A DNA stretch of 64,000 nucleotides from Dehalococcoidia bacterium (GCA_963665775.2 CAXXTF010000002.1:384001-448000); one strand, 5' to 3'. Shown: positions 20,700-30,706, counted from the stretch's first letter. Notes: a model not told the origin generated them from the letters alone. Made by a program: numbers and translations.

Positions 20700-20910
20700 C
20701 GAGTCACGCTGGCTGATCTCCAAGAGAGGTACGGACAACCCGTTAAAGGTATCGAAGTAGATCTCCTCCAGCGGCACACTGTGCCGGGACAGATCGGCGC
20801 CAGCGATGCTCTGGCGAGGGGACGGTGACGGCGATGACGCTCCCTCGCCCGACGTGAGGCAAGCGGCGGCAACGAGCAGTACGGGGCAGTACGGGTAGGA
20901 AAAGATAAGC
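20700..20910 (-). pseudogene. Lipoprotein N-terminal remnant (resembles DUF3179 proteins)
   Basis: VLLVAAAC lipobox followed by ...ADLSRHSVPLEEIYFDTFNG, then breaks off; 10-bp tandem duplication in the signal region. Confidence 0.45.
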
Positions 20911-20964
20911 GCGGCGCCTGTCGCCCCACCTGACGATAAGCTTGTCCGGGAGTGAGGGATCGCC

Positions 20965-21693
20965 TCAGGCGGGCTCGGGGGCAGACTGGACGAGGGTGAT
21001 GTCGCCGAAGGGCCGGTCCTGTTCGGCCCAGAGGCGGCCGGTGTTGATCAACTCCAGGACGGCCAGAAAGACGACGACGATCTCGGTGCGGGTCTGGCAA
21101 TCGGTCAGGAGGGAGCGAAGGTGGAGGCGGCCGCGACGGCGGGCGAGGGCTGTCTCGATCTCCCGGACCTTCTCGTCCACGCTGATGGGTTCGATATGAA
21201 GGAGCGCCCCTTCTGGTTCGGGCGGTGTTCGGTCCAGGGCCTCCTGGACCGCCTCTCGGAGGGTGTCCAGGGTGACCCCATGGAGGCCGGGTGGGAGGGG
21301 GGCGGCTTGGCTCGGGCCGGGACGGGCGTAGGTGCGGTGTCCCTGCTCCTCCAGTTGGCGGAAGAGGTCGGCGGCGTCTTTGAAGCGCTTGTACTCCTCC
21401 AGCATGTCGGTCAGGCTGCTCGCGACCGCCTCGGCCTCGGGCTTGAGGTCCGCTGACGGCGCCTCGGCCGAGGGGATTACGGCGCACGACTTGAGGTAGA
21501 GCAGCTTAGAGCCGACGACGATAAACTCGGCGAGGGCATCGGCCGCCATCTCCCGCTCGGATTGGACATGCCGCCAGTACTGATCGGTTATCTTGACCAG
21601 GGAGAGGGCGGTGATATCGAGCTGCTGGCGTTCGATAAGGTCGAGGAGGAGATCGAGGGGCCCATCGAAGCCGTCAACCTTTATTTCCAGCAT
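20965..21693 (-). CDS. scpA: Segregation and condensation protein A
   Basis: FDGPLDLLLDLI and FLAVLEL motifs. Confidence 0.9.
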   Translation of the reverse strand: MLEIKVDGFDGPLDLLLDLIERQQLDITALSLVKITDQYWRHVQSEREMAADALAEFIVVGSKLLYLKSCAVIPSAEAPSADLKPEAEAVASSLTDMLEEYKRFKDAADLFRQLEEQGHRTYARPGPSQAAPLPPGLHGVTLDTLREAVQEALDRTPPEPEGALLHIEPISVDEKVREIETALARRRGRLHLRSLLTDCQTRTEIVVVFLAVLELINTGRLWAEQDRPFGDITLVQSAPEPA

Positions 21694-21743
21694 CTCGCCT
21701 CTTATAACGACCCCGGCCGTCAGTAGTGACCCGGGGGGAAGGG

Positions 21744-22802
21744 TCAGCTCTTCTTGCCGGCCGCCTGCCGCTTCTCCTTTAGCGCCGGTGCCAGGGGCCG
21801 TCCCAGGGAGTCGCTGAGCGCGCGGACGCGATCCATCAGCTTCTGGAAATTGGCTGGCGTCAACGATTGGGCGCCGTCTGAGAGGGCGTGGTCGGGGTTG
21901 GGGTGGACCTCGATCTGGATGCCGTCGGCGCCGGCCGCAATGGCGGCCAGGGCCACCGGTTCCACCAGGTACCACTTGCCGGTGGCGTGGCTGGGGTCGC
22001 CGATGACCGGCAGGTGGCTCAGACGCTTCACCAGCGGGATGGCGTTGATGTCGAAGGTGAAGCGGGTGGCCGTCTCGTAGGCGCGAATGCCTCGTTCGCA
22101 AAGGATGACCTGGCGGTTGCCGTGAGAGAGGATGTACTCGGCGGCCAGGAGCCACTCCTCGATGGTGGCCCACATGCCTCGCTTGAGCATGACGGGCTTC
22201 TGGCTCTTGCCGGCCTCGTCCAGGAGCGAGAAGTTCTGCATGTTCCGGCTGCCGATCTGAAGGATATCAGCGTGGCGGGCCACGAGGTCGACATCACGGG
22301 CGTCCATGACCTCCGTGATGATGGGAAGGCCGGTCTCGTCACGGGCGGCGCTGAGGATCTTGAGACCCTTTTCGCCGTGGCCGCGGAAGGCGTAGGGGCT
22401 GGTACGCGGCTTGAAGGCGCCGCCGCGCAGGATGTGTCCGCCGGCCGCCTTGACCGCGCGGGCGGCCGCCAGCACATTCTCTTCCGTGTCCACGGAGCAG
22501 GGGCCACCCATCACTACCAGGCGCCCGTTGCCTATCTCTACGGGTCCGACCTTGACGACGGTGTCGTGCGGGTTGACCTCGCGGCTGGCCAGCTTGTACG
22601 GCTTGCTGATCCGGACCACGGAGTCGACCCCGTCGAGGACGCCGAGCTCGTCGACCAGCTCCGGGTAGACCTGGCCGAGCACCGCAACGACGCTGCGCTC
22701 CACGCCGCGGATGAGGTGGTCATTGAAGCCCAGTTCCCGTACGTGCTTTTGTACGCTAATGACCTGCTCATCAGAGGCGTCGGTCTTCAAAATTACGATC
22801 AT
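21744..22802 (-). CDS. aroF: DAHP synthase (type I-beta)
   Basis: GPCSV, RGGAFKPRTSPY and QIGSRNMQN motifs. Confidence 0.96.
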   Translation of the reverse strand: MIVILKTDASDEQVISVQKHVRELGFNDHLIRGVERSVVAVLGQVYPELVDELGVLDGVDSVVRISKPYKLASREVNPHDTVVKVGPVEIGNGRLVVMGGPCSVDTEENVLAAARAVKAAGGHILRGGAFKPRTSPYAFRGHGEKGLKILSAARDETGLPIITEVMDARDVDLVARHADILQIGSRNMQNFSLLDEAGKSQKPVMLKRGMWATIEEWLLAAEYILSHGNRQVILCERGIRAYETATRFTFDINAIPLVKRLSHLPVIGDPSHATGKWYLVEPVALAAIAAGADGIQIEVHPNPDHALSDGAQSLTPANFQKLMDRVRALSDSLGRPLAPALKEKRQAAGKKS

Positions 22803-22863
22803 GTCGGTCTCTCCTTCCTAAGAGTTGCGAGCGGAGAATGGCGATGCGCTAGCTGGGCCGGTC

Positions 22864-23235
22864 CTAACTAGGTCGGTCTTTGAAGTCGGGCCGGAGTACA
22901 GTGGCGCCGCGAAGGTAAACGTGACGGATCTCCCGGGCGGACTTGTCGGTGTTGACGTGGAGGAGGGTGCGCAGACACTTGGGTAGGGAATCCGGTACGT
23001 TCATCTCGTGTCCACAGAGGAGGGCCACATCCGTCCAGCCCAGATCTCTAGCCCCCAGGGCAGGGAATTCGGCGTTCAGGTCTGCCGTGGTGGTGAAGAA
23101 GGCCGAAGCGACATCTTCGATGGCGAAGCCGTTAGCCTCCATCATGGCGCCCAGGAGCTCCTTGGTAGCCTCCAGGATCGCCTCTCGAGTGTTGGTCTCG
23201 ACGGTGGTGGCGCCCCGGACACCTCGGGTGACCAT
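22864..23235 (-). CDS. aroH: Chorismate mutase, AroH class
   Basis: RGVRGATT, FPA and HVYLRGATVLRPD motifs. Confidence 0.95.
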   Translation of the reverse strand: MVTRGVRGATTVETNTREAILEATKELLGAMMEANGFAIEDVASAFFTTTADLNAEFPALGARDLGWTDVALLCGHEMNVPDSLPKCLRTLLHVNTDKSAREIRHVYLRGATVLRPDFKDRPS

Positions 23236-23345
23236 GCCGTACGCCCCGGCATCCTCCGGAGCCGGCCCGCTAGCGGGGTCCAAAGGTACCGGCCCGAGAG
23301 TCACCACGATACACACGGCCGACGGCACCCGACGTCTGTCGGGCC

Positions 23346-24182
23346 CTAGCGGCTATCTGTAGCGGCCCTCCGCCGACCGGTGAGCACCTCCACATACTCC
23401 CTGACCCTCGCTGCCTGCTGTGACGGATCGCTACGGTCGATCTCGTCGATGATTGCACTGCCCACGGCGGCGGCCTCCGCGATGCGGGCTACCGCTCGGA
23501 AGTGCTTGGCATTAGATATACCAAATCCTACCGCTAACGGCAAGGGGGTGTGGCGCCGTACGCGGGCGATAAATGGCGGCAATCCTTGGGGAAGTTCCTG
23601 ACGGGCGCCCGTGGTGCCGGTCAGGCTGATGCAGTAGATAAAGCCGGAAGCCAGTCCGGCCACCAGCTCTATACGCTCGTCGGTGCTGGTCGGGGCCAGC
23701 ATGTAGACGAGGCGCAGCCCCTGCGCCACACAGGCCTCGCGCAGGGGAGCCGACTCCTCCGGCGGCAGATCGACGACGATGATGCCGTCGGCACCGGCCG
23801 CGGCGGCGTCCCGCACGAAGGGCTCGATGCCGTAGGCCAGGATCGGGTTGTAGTAGCCCATCAGGATCACGGGCGCCTCCAGGCCTGTGGCCCGTAGCCG
23901 GGCGGCCATATCCAGGCAGAGCGCTGGAGTCACCCCCTGCCGCAGGGCCTGGAAGGAGGCGCGCTGGATCGTGGGGCCTTCGGCTAGGGGATCGGAGAAG
24001 GGGATGCCCAGCTCGATCATGGAGGCGCCGCCCTCGACGAGGGCGGACGCCAGCTGGAGAGTGGCTTCCAGGTCCGGGTAGCCCACCGTGAGGAAAGCGG
24101 CCAGGCCGGCACGCTCCTCGGCCTTCAGTCGGGCAAAGGTGGCCTCGATGCGTCCCGTCGGAAGAGAGCTGAGGCGGGTCAA
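23346..24182 (-). CDS. trpA: Tryptophan synthase alpha subunit
   Basis: ELGIPFSDPLAEGPTIQ and VGFGIS motifs. Confidence 0.96.
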   Translation of the reverse strand: MTRLSSLPTGRIEATFARLKAEERAGLAAFLTVGYPDLEATLQLASALVEGGASMIELGIPFSDPLAEGPTIQRASFQALRQGVTPALCLDMAARLRATGLEAPVILMGYYNPILAYGIEPFVRDAAAAGADGIIVVDLPPEESAPLREACVAQGLRLVYMLAPTSTDERIELVAGLASGFIYCISLTGTTGARQELPQGLPPFIARVRRHTPLPLAVGFGISNAKHFRAVARIAEAAAVGSAIIDEIDRSDPSQQAARVREYVEVLTGRRRAATDSR

Positions 24183-24184
24183 CG

Positions 24185-24949
24185 CTAGCTCGCTTCGATG
24201 GCGACGCTGACGGCAAAACTGATGCTATTGAACAGGAAGTGAGCGGCCATAGGTGTCCAGATCGAGCCCGAGTAGACGTAGCCGAAGGCGAAGAGCATGC
24301 CGATGATCGTGAATGGGATGTAGAGAAGAGGCAGTAGATGGGCGAGGCCGAAAAGGAGGCCACTGGCAAAGATCGCTCCGGCTAGACCCCACCGATTTCT
24401 GAGGCCCCCAAACACGAACCCCCGAAAGAACGTCTCCTCTGCGATGGGCGCGGCGATGATGGCGAGGAGGCCGACAAGGGGGATAACCACCGGCGACTTA
24501 AAGGCTTCATCGGGGAACTGGCTCTGGTCGCCCAGGGCACCTGCTCCAACAGCGTCGACGATGACAAAATAGGCGACCACGGTGATCCAGGCAGAGACGA
24601 CCAGGAGCGGGGGCAGCCACCAACCGCCCCGGGTCGGACGCCGAAAGCCCAGCGCGCTCCAGGGGCATCGGTACTTGCCAACGGTGAACCGAACGGCTAC
24701 CAGCAGCAGCAAACCCTCCAGGGCCAGACTGGGCACCAGGACGGCCAGAGTTTCCGCGTCGGAGCCGGGTCGGTCGATGATGGCGATAGCGATGGCGACA
24801 GGGATCAGGACGATTATCGCGCCCAGGATGACGAGGCCGATGGCTTTAAGGACATCCGCAGTTTGCCAGGGAATGCGTACCTGCACCCCCGTCCGGGACA
24901 CGTCCGTCTTGGCAGGCTCGACAGGTTGGGAACTCTCTTCGAAGGCCAA
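24185..24949 (-). CDS. CPBP/CAAX-family intramembrane metalloprotease
   Basis: EETFFRG, FGLAH and AHFLFN motifs. Confidence 0.9.
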   Translation of the reverse strand: MAFEESSQPVEPAKTDVSRTGVQVRIPWQTADVLKAIGLVILGAIIVLIPVAIAIAIIDRPGSDAETLAVLVPSLALEGLLLLVAVRFTVGKYRCPWSALGFRRPTRGGWWLPPLLVVSAWITVVAYFVIVDAVGAGALGDQSQFPDEAFKSPVVIPLVGLLAIIAAPIAEETFFRGFVFGGLRNRWGLAGAIFASGLLFGLAHLLPLLYIPFTIIGMLFAFGYVYSGSIWTPMAAHFLFNSISFAVSVAIEAS

Positions 24950-25005
24950 GGCGGCTCCATCGTAGCAGATGGCCGTTGCCGCCGCACGACCGTTATACTG
25001 AGCGC

Positions 25006-25605
25006 GTGAAGGAGGACATCGCCGGCTACTGGGACGAGCGCTATCGTGGCAGAGGCGAAGAGGAGCGGCCGCCGGCGGATTTCCTGGTGCGGCACGCCGA
25101 CCTGCTGCCCGGGTCGGGCAGGGCGCTGGACGTGGCGATGGGGACTGGGCGCAACGCCCTCTACCTCGCCTCCCGGGGATACGAGGTGACGGGGATAGAT
25201 ATCTCTCCCCTGGCTGTCGAGCGCTGCCAGGAGGAGGCCCAACGGCGGGGGCTGCGGATCGAGACGATCTGCGCGAACCTGGAATCCTATCCGCTCCTGG
25301 AGGAGACGTACGGTGTGGTGGTGAACCTCTACTATCTGCAGCGGGAGCTCTGCCTGCGGCTGGTGGAGGCCCTGCGACCGGGCGGGGTGCTGATGTTCGA
25401 GACGTTTACCATAGAGCAGCCGCGGTTCGGGTGGGGGCCTCGGGAGGAGGAGTTCCTGCTGCGGCCGGGGGAGCTGCGGGAGCTGTTCCCGGAGCTGGAG
25501 GTACTGACCTACAGGGAGAGCATCGAGGAGGAGGGCGAGCGGGGAATGAAGGCGGTCGCCGGCCTGGTGGGCAGGAAGCGGGTAGCCCCCGCCAAGCTTC
25601 CTTGA
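25006..25605 (+). CDS. Class I SAM-dependent methyltransferase (TehB-like)
   Basis: WDERY, ALDVAMGTGRN and LRPGG motifs. Confidence 0.88.
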   Translation: MKEDIAGYWDERYRGRGEEERPPADFLVRHADLLPGSGRALDVAMGTGRNALYLASRGYEVTGIDISPLAVERCQEEAQRRGLRIETICANLESYPLLEETYGVVVNLYYLQRELCLRLVEALRPGGVLMFETFTIEQPRFGWGPREEEFLLRPGELRELFPELEVLTYRESIEEEGERGMKAVAGLVGRKRVAPAKLP

Positions 25606-25666
25606 CCCCCTCGTGGGCCCATGCTAGACTGCGCTTGGCCCCGTCTGGCGGGGCTCTTTTTCGCAG

Positions 25667-25744
25667 GGTGGGCGTCGCCTAGTGGTCTAAGGCGCCAGGT
25701 TGTGGCCCTGGAGATCGAGGGTTCGAATCCCTCCGTCCACCCCA
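25667..25744 (+). tRNA. tRNA-His(GTG)
   Basis: G-1 plus GTGGGCG acceptor, CCAGG-ttgtggc-CCTGG anticodon arm, CCA end. Confidence 0.95.
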
Positions 25745-26124
25745 TCTCTTCTTCCCCCTTTACGTGAGCTGGCCCATCCGCAGCGTGGCCAGCCCCAGCA
25801 GGAACAGGAAACCCGGGACGTCCGCAAACGTCATCGGGAATATCCCGGAGGCGATGGCGGGCCGCCTACTCCTGGTCGGCGTCGGGCCTAATGGCGATGG
25901 TACCCCTGGTCATCAACTCCTCGATGCGGGACGTGAGGTCGGAGACGGTGAGCTGGAGCCGGTTGCGCGTCGAGGACGTATAGCATAGTAGGCCTCCTCA
26001 GGCGGCCAGAACCGTACGCGGCAACCTGAGGTCATGGTACACCTCTCGATGGCAGGTAAATGTGAATAAGGCTCAACGGAGACGAGCCGTGGTGGGATGG
26101 AGAGAGTGCTATACTCCGTTCGCT

Positions 26125-26201
26125 GCCCCCGTAGCTCAATTGGACAGAGCGCCTGGCTTCGGACCAGGAGGTTGTGGGTTCGAGTCCTGCCGGGGGTGCC
26201 A
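26125..26201 (+). tRNA. tRNA-Arg(TCG)
   Basis: CCTGG-cttcgga-CCAGG anticodon arm, GGTTCGAGTCC, CCA end. Confidence 0.95.
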
Positions 26202-26547
26202 GCGTCTGAATCCGATAATGGCCTATCTGGCTACGGTAATTGCTAAGGTAGCGCGCAGTTGCCAGCATATTGCCAACTGTTGTTTGCTACCAGGCCTTAG
26301 TCGCAGTCGCCCACATCTACTTTGGTTACTCCGTGCGAGCTCTCCATACTTGGAAGGACGGAGCGGGATCGCCTATTCCTAAAGTGTATAATTAGGGTAG
26401 CTGAGGAACGAGCTGGTCGTAGGCAAGAAATCATGGACAACTTGGCGGGACGGCTCGACAATGGGCTGCGACGGCGCTTTCTGCCGTCTCGGGCCCAAGC
26501 CAGGGAAATTTTGATCCCGCTACTGAACGACAGGTGAGGACGCACCG

Positions 26548-27981
26548 TTGACACAGACCCACGAAGCGGGCCGCGAGCACCAGTTGATAGTTTGCCCTGT
26601 GTGCGGCACGCCTAACCAATATGGCAAGATGTTCTGTCAGGACTGCCGGAGCCGATTGCAGGCCGGGCGTATGGTCGGCGAGGAAGAGGCGTCACGCCTG
26701 GAGGAGAACCGGGAGCGACGCGCTCGCTGGAGACCACCGGGACGCTGGGGTCGTCGCGTCCTCATTTGGCTATCGGTTGCCTCAGCAGCTGGTCTCCTGA
26801 GTCTCTTCCTTTTCTCACCGCCTGCTTCGCCCCTGCCGCCTGGCGCGTCGATGGCCAGCTCCGATTCTCGCCCTGGCGAATGGGCAATGTATGGCTATGA
26901 CCTGGGACACACGCGTTCGGTCCCGGGGCAGCAGCCTCACTCAGGTCGTTTGAAGTGGAGCATCAACCTGGACACACCCTTTGCCACGGCACCCGTCGTT
27001 GTTGGTGATTGGGTCTATATCGCCACCAGCGATGGTCGGCTGGTAGCCCTCGATGCGGCTAGCGGGAAAGTGCGTTGGGAGACGCCGCTGGGTGCACCGC
27101 CTAACGGCATGCCGGCGGTGGACGGAGAGAGACTCTACGTGGCCTTGCCTGATGAGCGTCTACTAGCCCTGGACATGGAGACGGGGGAGACCCGGTGGTC
27201 GCTATCGACTACTGGCGCTCTTATATCGTCACCGGTAGTGGTGAACGGGGCCGTCTATGTGTTGAGCGCTCAAGGGCGGGTCATCAGCGCGGATGCTCTG
27301 ACCGGAGAGAAGTTATGGGAAGCTGATGTGGCAAAAGGCTGGTCGGCCTCGGCAGTGACTTGGACCGGCGATAGGCTACTGGTGACGACAGCCAAAGAGA
27401 TTTCCTATTTTGACGTGCTTTCTGGCGAGAATTACTTCACCTACCATCTTCTGGCTGGAAGCGTGCTGGGCGCGCCAGCAGTGCTGGGTCGCGAGGCGTA
27501 TGTCGCCGTTAACATTGGCGGCATTCTGGCCCTTGACATCGATGCAACAGAATCCTTCGGGAGTCAGCCGATACGCCGCATTTGGGGGAGTCTATGGTTG
27601 AGAGGTCTGGCACCGCGACCACCGACGCCCAGCGGTCTGTCGTGGGTCTACTTCGTGGGCGAGCCCATGGTAGCACCGCCAGCCGTAACCGAACAGGCTC
27701 TCTACTTCGGCACTAGTAGCGGACAAGTGGTGGCCTTGGACCTAGAGTCTAGAGAGCCCAGATGGATATTCCAAGCTGCAGGAGCCGTCCTCGGTGCTCC
27801 CGCTGTCGGTGGCGAGACGCTTTACATGGGTGCAGGCGACCACCTCCACGCATTTAGCACTGACACGGGCGAGGTGCAGTGGAGTTTCCAGACGAGGAGG
27901 AGGATCAGTAGTGATGTCGTGATCACGGCCGACGCGATCTACGTCATCGACGAAGGGGCTAATCTGTACGCCATCGAATAG
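26548..27981 (+). CDS. Membrane-anchored PQQ-like/BamB beta-propeller protein with N-terminal zinc ribbon
   Basis: CPVC...CQDC, one TM helix, repeated ALDxxxGxxxW blades. Confidence 0.85.
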   Translation: MTQTHEAGREHQLIVCPVCGTPNQYGKMFCQDCRSRLQAGRMVGEEEASRLEENRERRARWRPPGRWGRRVLIWLSVASAAGLLSLFLFSPPASPLPPGASMASSDSRPGEWAMYGYDLGHTRSVPGQQPHSGRLKWSINLDTPFATAPVVVGDWVYIATSDGRLVALDAASGKVRWETPLGAPPNGMPAVDGERLYVALPDERLLALDMETGETRWSLSTTGALISSPVVVNGAVYVLSAQGRVISADALTGEKLWEADVAKGWSASAVTWTGDRLLVTTAKEISYFDVLSGENYFTYHLLAGSVLGAPAVLGREAYVAVNIGGILALDIDATESFGSQPIRRIWGSLWLRGLAPRPPTPSGLSWVYFVGEPMVAPPAVTEQALYFGTSSGQVVALDLESREPRWIFQAAGAVLGAPAVGGETLYMGAGDHLHAFSTDTGEVQWSFQTRRRISSDVVITADAIYVIDEGANLYAIE

Positions 27982-28145
27982 ACACGATTCGCCAGCGAGC
28001 CAGGCGGAAGTCTGGCGGAAGGACTACAATGGGGAGCGCTCGTCGATGGCGGGGCACGCTTCGGCTGCTATCTAAGGGGTACTGCTGCCACCACTCCCGC
28101 CCGTAGGTCTTACCGGAAAGCGTAAATGTGTAGAAGGAGGTCATC

Positions 28146-29342
28146 ATGAAGCTGCTGGAAGGGATCAAGGTCTTGGACCTGTCCCGACTCATCCCGGGTC
28201 CCATGCTCACTATGCTCCTCGCCGATCTGGGCGCCGACGTGATCAAGGTCGAGGAGAAGTCAGTTGGCGACTACCTGCGGACTGGCAGCGAGCCCGACAA
28301 ATGGGGTGGGTCGACCCCCATGTTCCTCTGGATGAACCGCAACAAGCGGGACATCTCCGTGGACCTCAAGGCGCCTGAGGGCCGGCAGCTACTGCTGGAC
28401 ATGGCCAAGAGCTGTCAGGTAGTGGTGGAGGGCGCCCGACCCGGCGTCGAGGCCAAGCTGGGTCTGGGCTACGAGGACATGAGGGCCGCTAATCCAAGCA
28501 TCATCTACTGCTCGATTACCGGCTTCGGCCAGGACGGGCCTTTCGCTCAACTGGCTACCCACGGTGGCGCCTATGATGCCGTCGCCGGCTTGGCTGTCCC
28601 CTACCAGACGAAGGACGGCAACTACGTCCAGTTCCGGCCCTACCCTCATGGGCTAACCTACGGCTCCTGGGCTGGCGCCATGGCTGTTTGCGCCGCTCTA
28701 GTTAAGGCTTTGCGCACCGGTGAGGGCGCGAACCTGGATATCTCCTGCTCGGACGCGACAATAGCCGCCCTGGGGCAGGAGCTGTTGCCCGTCCTCAACG
28801 ATGGCGAAGAGGGTTGGCAGGACCCAAACGTCGATATAAGCGCTAAGTACTGCTACTACAAGACCAAGGATGACCGCTTCATGCTAATCCAGGCTATCGA
28901 GCAGCACTTCTGGGTGCACTTCTGTGAGGTCATCGACCGGCCCGACCTGGCGAGCCGCGGCGATTGGAGTGTGAGCCGCATGGATATGGGCTCTGGTGAC
29001 GAGGAGCTGAGGCAAGAGATGGTCAAGACCTTCGCCACAAAGACGCAGGCTGAGTGGACCAACATCTTCATCGAGAACAACATCGCCGGTGCTCCCTATT
29101 ACCCGCTTGACGAGTTGACCGAGTCTCCGCTGTTCAAGGCGCGCCAGATGTTCGTCGATCAGGACTGCCGAAAGTACGGGACGATCAAGACCGTCGCCAG
29201 CCCCATCAAGGTCAGCGACGATGGCTTCGAGATCCGCAAGCCTACCCCATACAAGGGCGAGCACACCGACGAGGTTCTGGCCGAGATCGGGTATAGTCAG
29301 CAACAGATCGCCGACCTGAGGGAGCGTGGAGTCGTTGTCTAG
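28146..29342 (+). CDS. Class III CoA-transferase family (CaiB/BaiF) protein
   Basis: LADLGADVIKVE, NRNKR, GARPGV and ITGFGQDGP motifs. Confidence 0.92.
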   Translation: MKLLEGIKVLDLSRLIPGPMLTMLLADLGADVIKVEEKSVGDYLRTGSEPDKWGGSTPMFLWMNRNKRDISVDLKAPEGRQLLLDMAKSCQVVVEGARPGVEAKLGLGYEDMRAANPSIIYCSITGFGQDGPFAQLATHGGAYDAVAGLAVPYQTKDGNYVQFRPYPHGLTYGSWAGAMAVCAALVKALRTGEGANLDISCSDATIAALGQELLPVLNDGEEGWQDPNVDISAKYCYYKTKDDRFMLIQAIEQHFWVHFCEVIDRPDLASRGDWSVSRMDMGSGDEELRQEMVKTFATKTQAEWTNIFIENNIAGAPYYPLDELTESPLFKARQMFVDQDCRKYGTIKTVASPIKVSDDGFEIRKPTPYKGEHTDEVLAEIGYSQQQIADLRERGVVV

Positions 29343-29555
29343 AGCTGGGGTGTGTTCCCCACCAGAACTAGTTCGGCCACTGCACAAGCAGTTTCCCGCC
29401 GATGTAGTCATGTCTAGGCCTGTTCACGGCATCGATTCTAAGGATTCACAGGGATAAAATGACAGCATCTGGCACCCTATCGGGGGCGCCACTGATATAG
29501 CATCTACCGCGGGTGGCTCAGGCGCCAGCGGGATCTCTTAAGGAGGGAACATCTG

Positions 29556-29849
29556 ATGAAGTATATCGTCCAAGCTGAGGTCGACGCGGTGACAGGGCTC
29601 GATATGGAGGCGCAGCCGACCAGTATTCAGGAGTGGATCGGAAAATGGCAGGCCCTGAACCCTATCGGCATGTACTTCTCTCTCACCCGCCGTGCCGTCA
29701 CCATCATCGTGGATGTCCCTAACGAGGACGCTATGTTTGAGGCCTTGCATGCCACCTGGGTTCTGACCAAGGATTACCCGGAGGTCTGGCCGGTAGCCGG
29801 CGTAGATGAGTTCCCAGCCCTGATGCAGCGACTTGGGATTGGCGGCTAG
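29556..29849 (+). CDS. Small dimeric alpha/beta-barrel-like protein (GYD/DUF3303-like)
   Basis: Strong RBS AAGGAGG; 97 aa with IIVDVPNED and EVWPV pattern. Confidence 0.6.
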   Translation: MKYIVQAEVDAVTGLDMEAQPTSIQEWIGKWQALNPIGMYFSLTRRAVTIIVDVPNEDAMFEALHATWVLTKDYPEVWPVAGVDEFPALMQRLGIGG

Positions 29850-30009
29850 TCCCGCCCGACGCCAGGGAGCGTTGCCGCCCCGGTGCCGATCATCTTGGGT
29901 GCAGAGCCGGCGCCGGCGGCCTCAGACGTAGGCCAAGGACTAGACTCTTCCCCAAGGCGCTAGGCCTGATCGCGCGCCCGGCGCATCTTCTGGAAGACGG
30001 TACGGAAAG

Positions 30010-30051
30010 TGCGGCGGCGAGAGCCACTGGCTCTCGCCGCCGCGCGCTTTT
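30010..30051. terminator. Intrinsic terminator between convergent genes
   Basis: GCGGCGGCGAGAGCCA-c-TGGCTCTCGCCGCCGC inverted repeat followed by a T run. Confidence 0.8.
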
Positions 30052-30082
30052 CGCTGAAACCAACGCTGCGGACGTAACCGCA

Positions 30083-30706
30083 TTAGTCGGCGAAGCTATC
30101 CTCTGCCGGTGTCACGGGCGGGACGGCGCTGGCCGCGACGCCATCGGCGATCGGGGCGTTCTCGGCCTCGCCACTCCCGGAGGTGGTACCGGAGCCGCCG
30201 TCCTGATCGAACGTGCCGATGGGGACGACCCTGCCGTCCTCGGTGACATCGCTGGGCTCTACAGTGGGTGTCTCCCCCGACGCCGATCCGGAAACATCAG
30301 GTTCGATCCCTGCTACTTTGAGCTCATCTAGCTCATCTAGCGCATCCTCACTGCACGCCGTTAAATTGTGGACCAGATTGCAATCGTCAGGGCCGATGTC
30401 CTCGTCGGAGCGGATGGGGGGCTGGCTGGTGGAGCCATCGTCTATCTCTTCTTCTTCGCGGGGCACGTCCGGATGCAGCTCGCCGTCGGCAATTTCGTTG
30501 CCCGGTCCGCCATCGTCTGAGGTCGGGACGTCAGTGTCGACACAGTCGGTAACACCGGGCGCGCAAACGGCGGACGAGTCCGGCGTGTCCGAACCTTCCG
30601 GGACCGAGGTCATGTCGCCGCTGTCATGCAGGGCGAAGGCCGTCACACCGCCGGCTGTCGCCAGGCTGATAACGAGGATCGTCAGGGGAATTAGCCATTT
30701 CTTCAT
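30083..30706 (-). CDS. Secreted acidic low-complexity protein with two Cys-pair motifs
   Basis: N-terminal signal/TM; CAPGVTDC and CNLVHNLTAC within Asp/Glu/Ser-rich sequence. Confidence 0.7.
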   Translation of the reverse strand: MKKWLIPLTILVISLATAGGVTAFALHDSGDMTSVPEGSDTPDSSAVCAPGVTDCVDTDVPTSDDGGPGNEIADGELHPDVPREEEEIDDGSTSQPPIRSDEDIGPDDCNLVHNLTACSEDALDELDELKVAGIEPDVSGSASGETPTVEPSDVTEDGRVVPIGTFDQDGGSGTTSGSGEAENAPIADGVAASAVPPVTPAEDSFAD

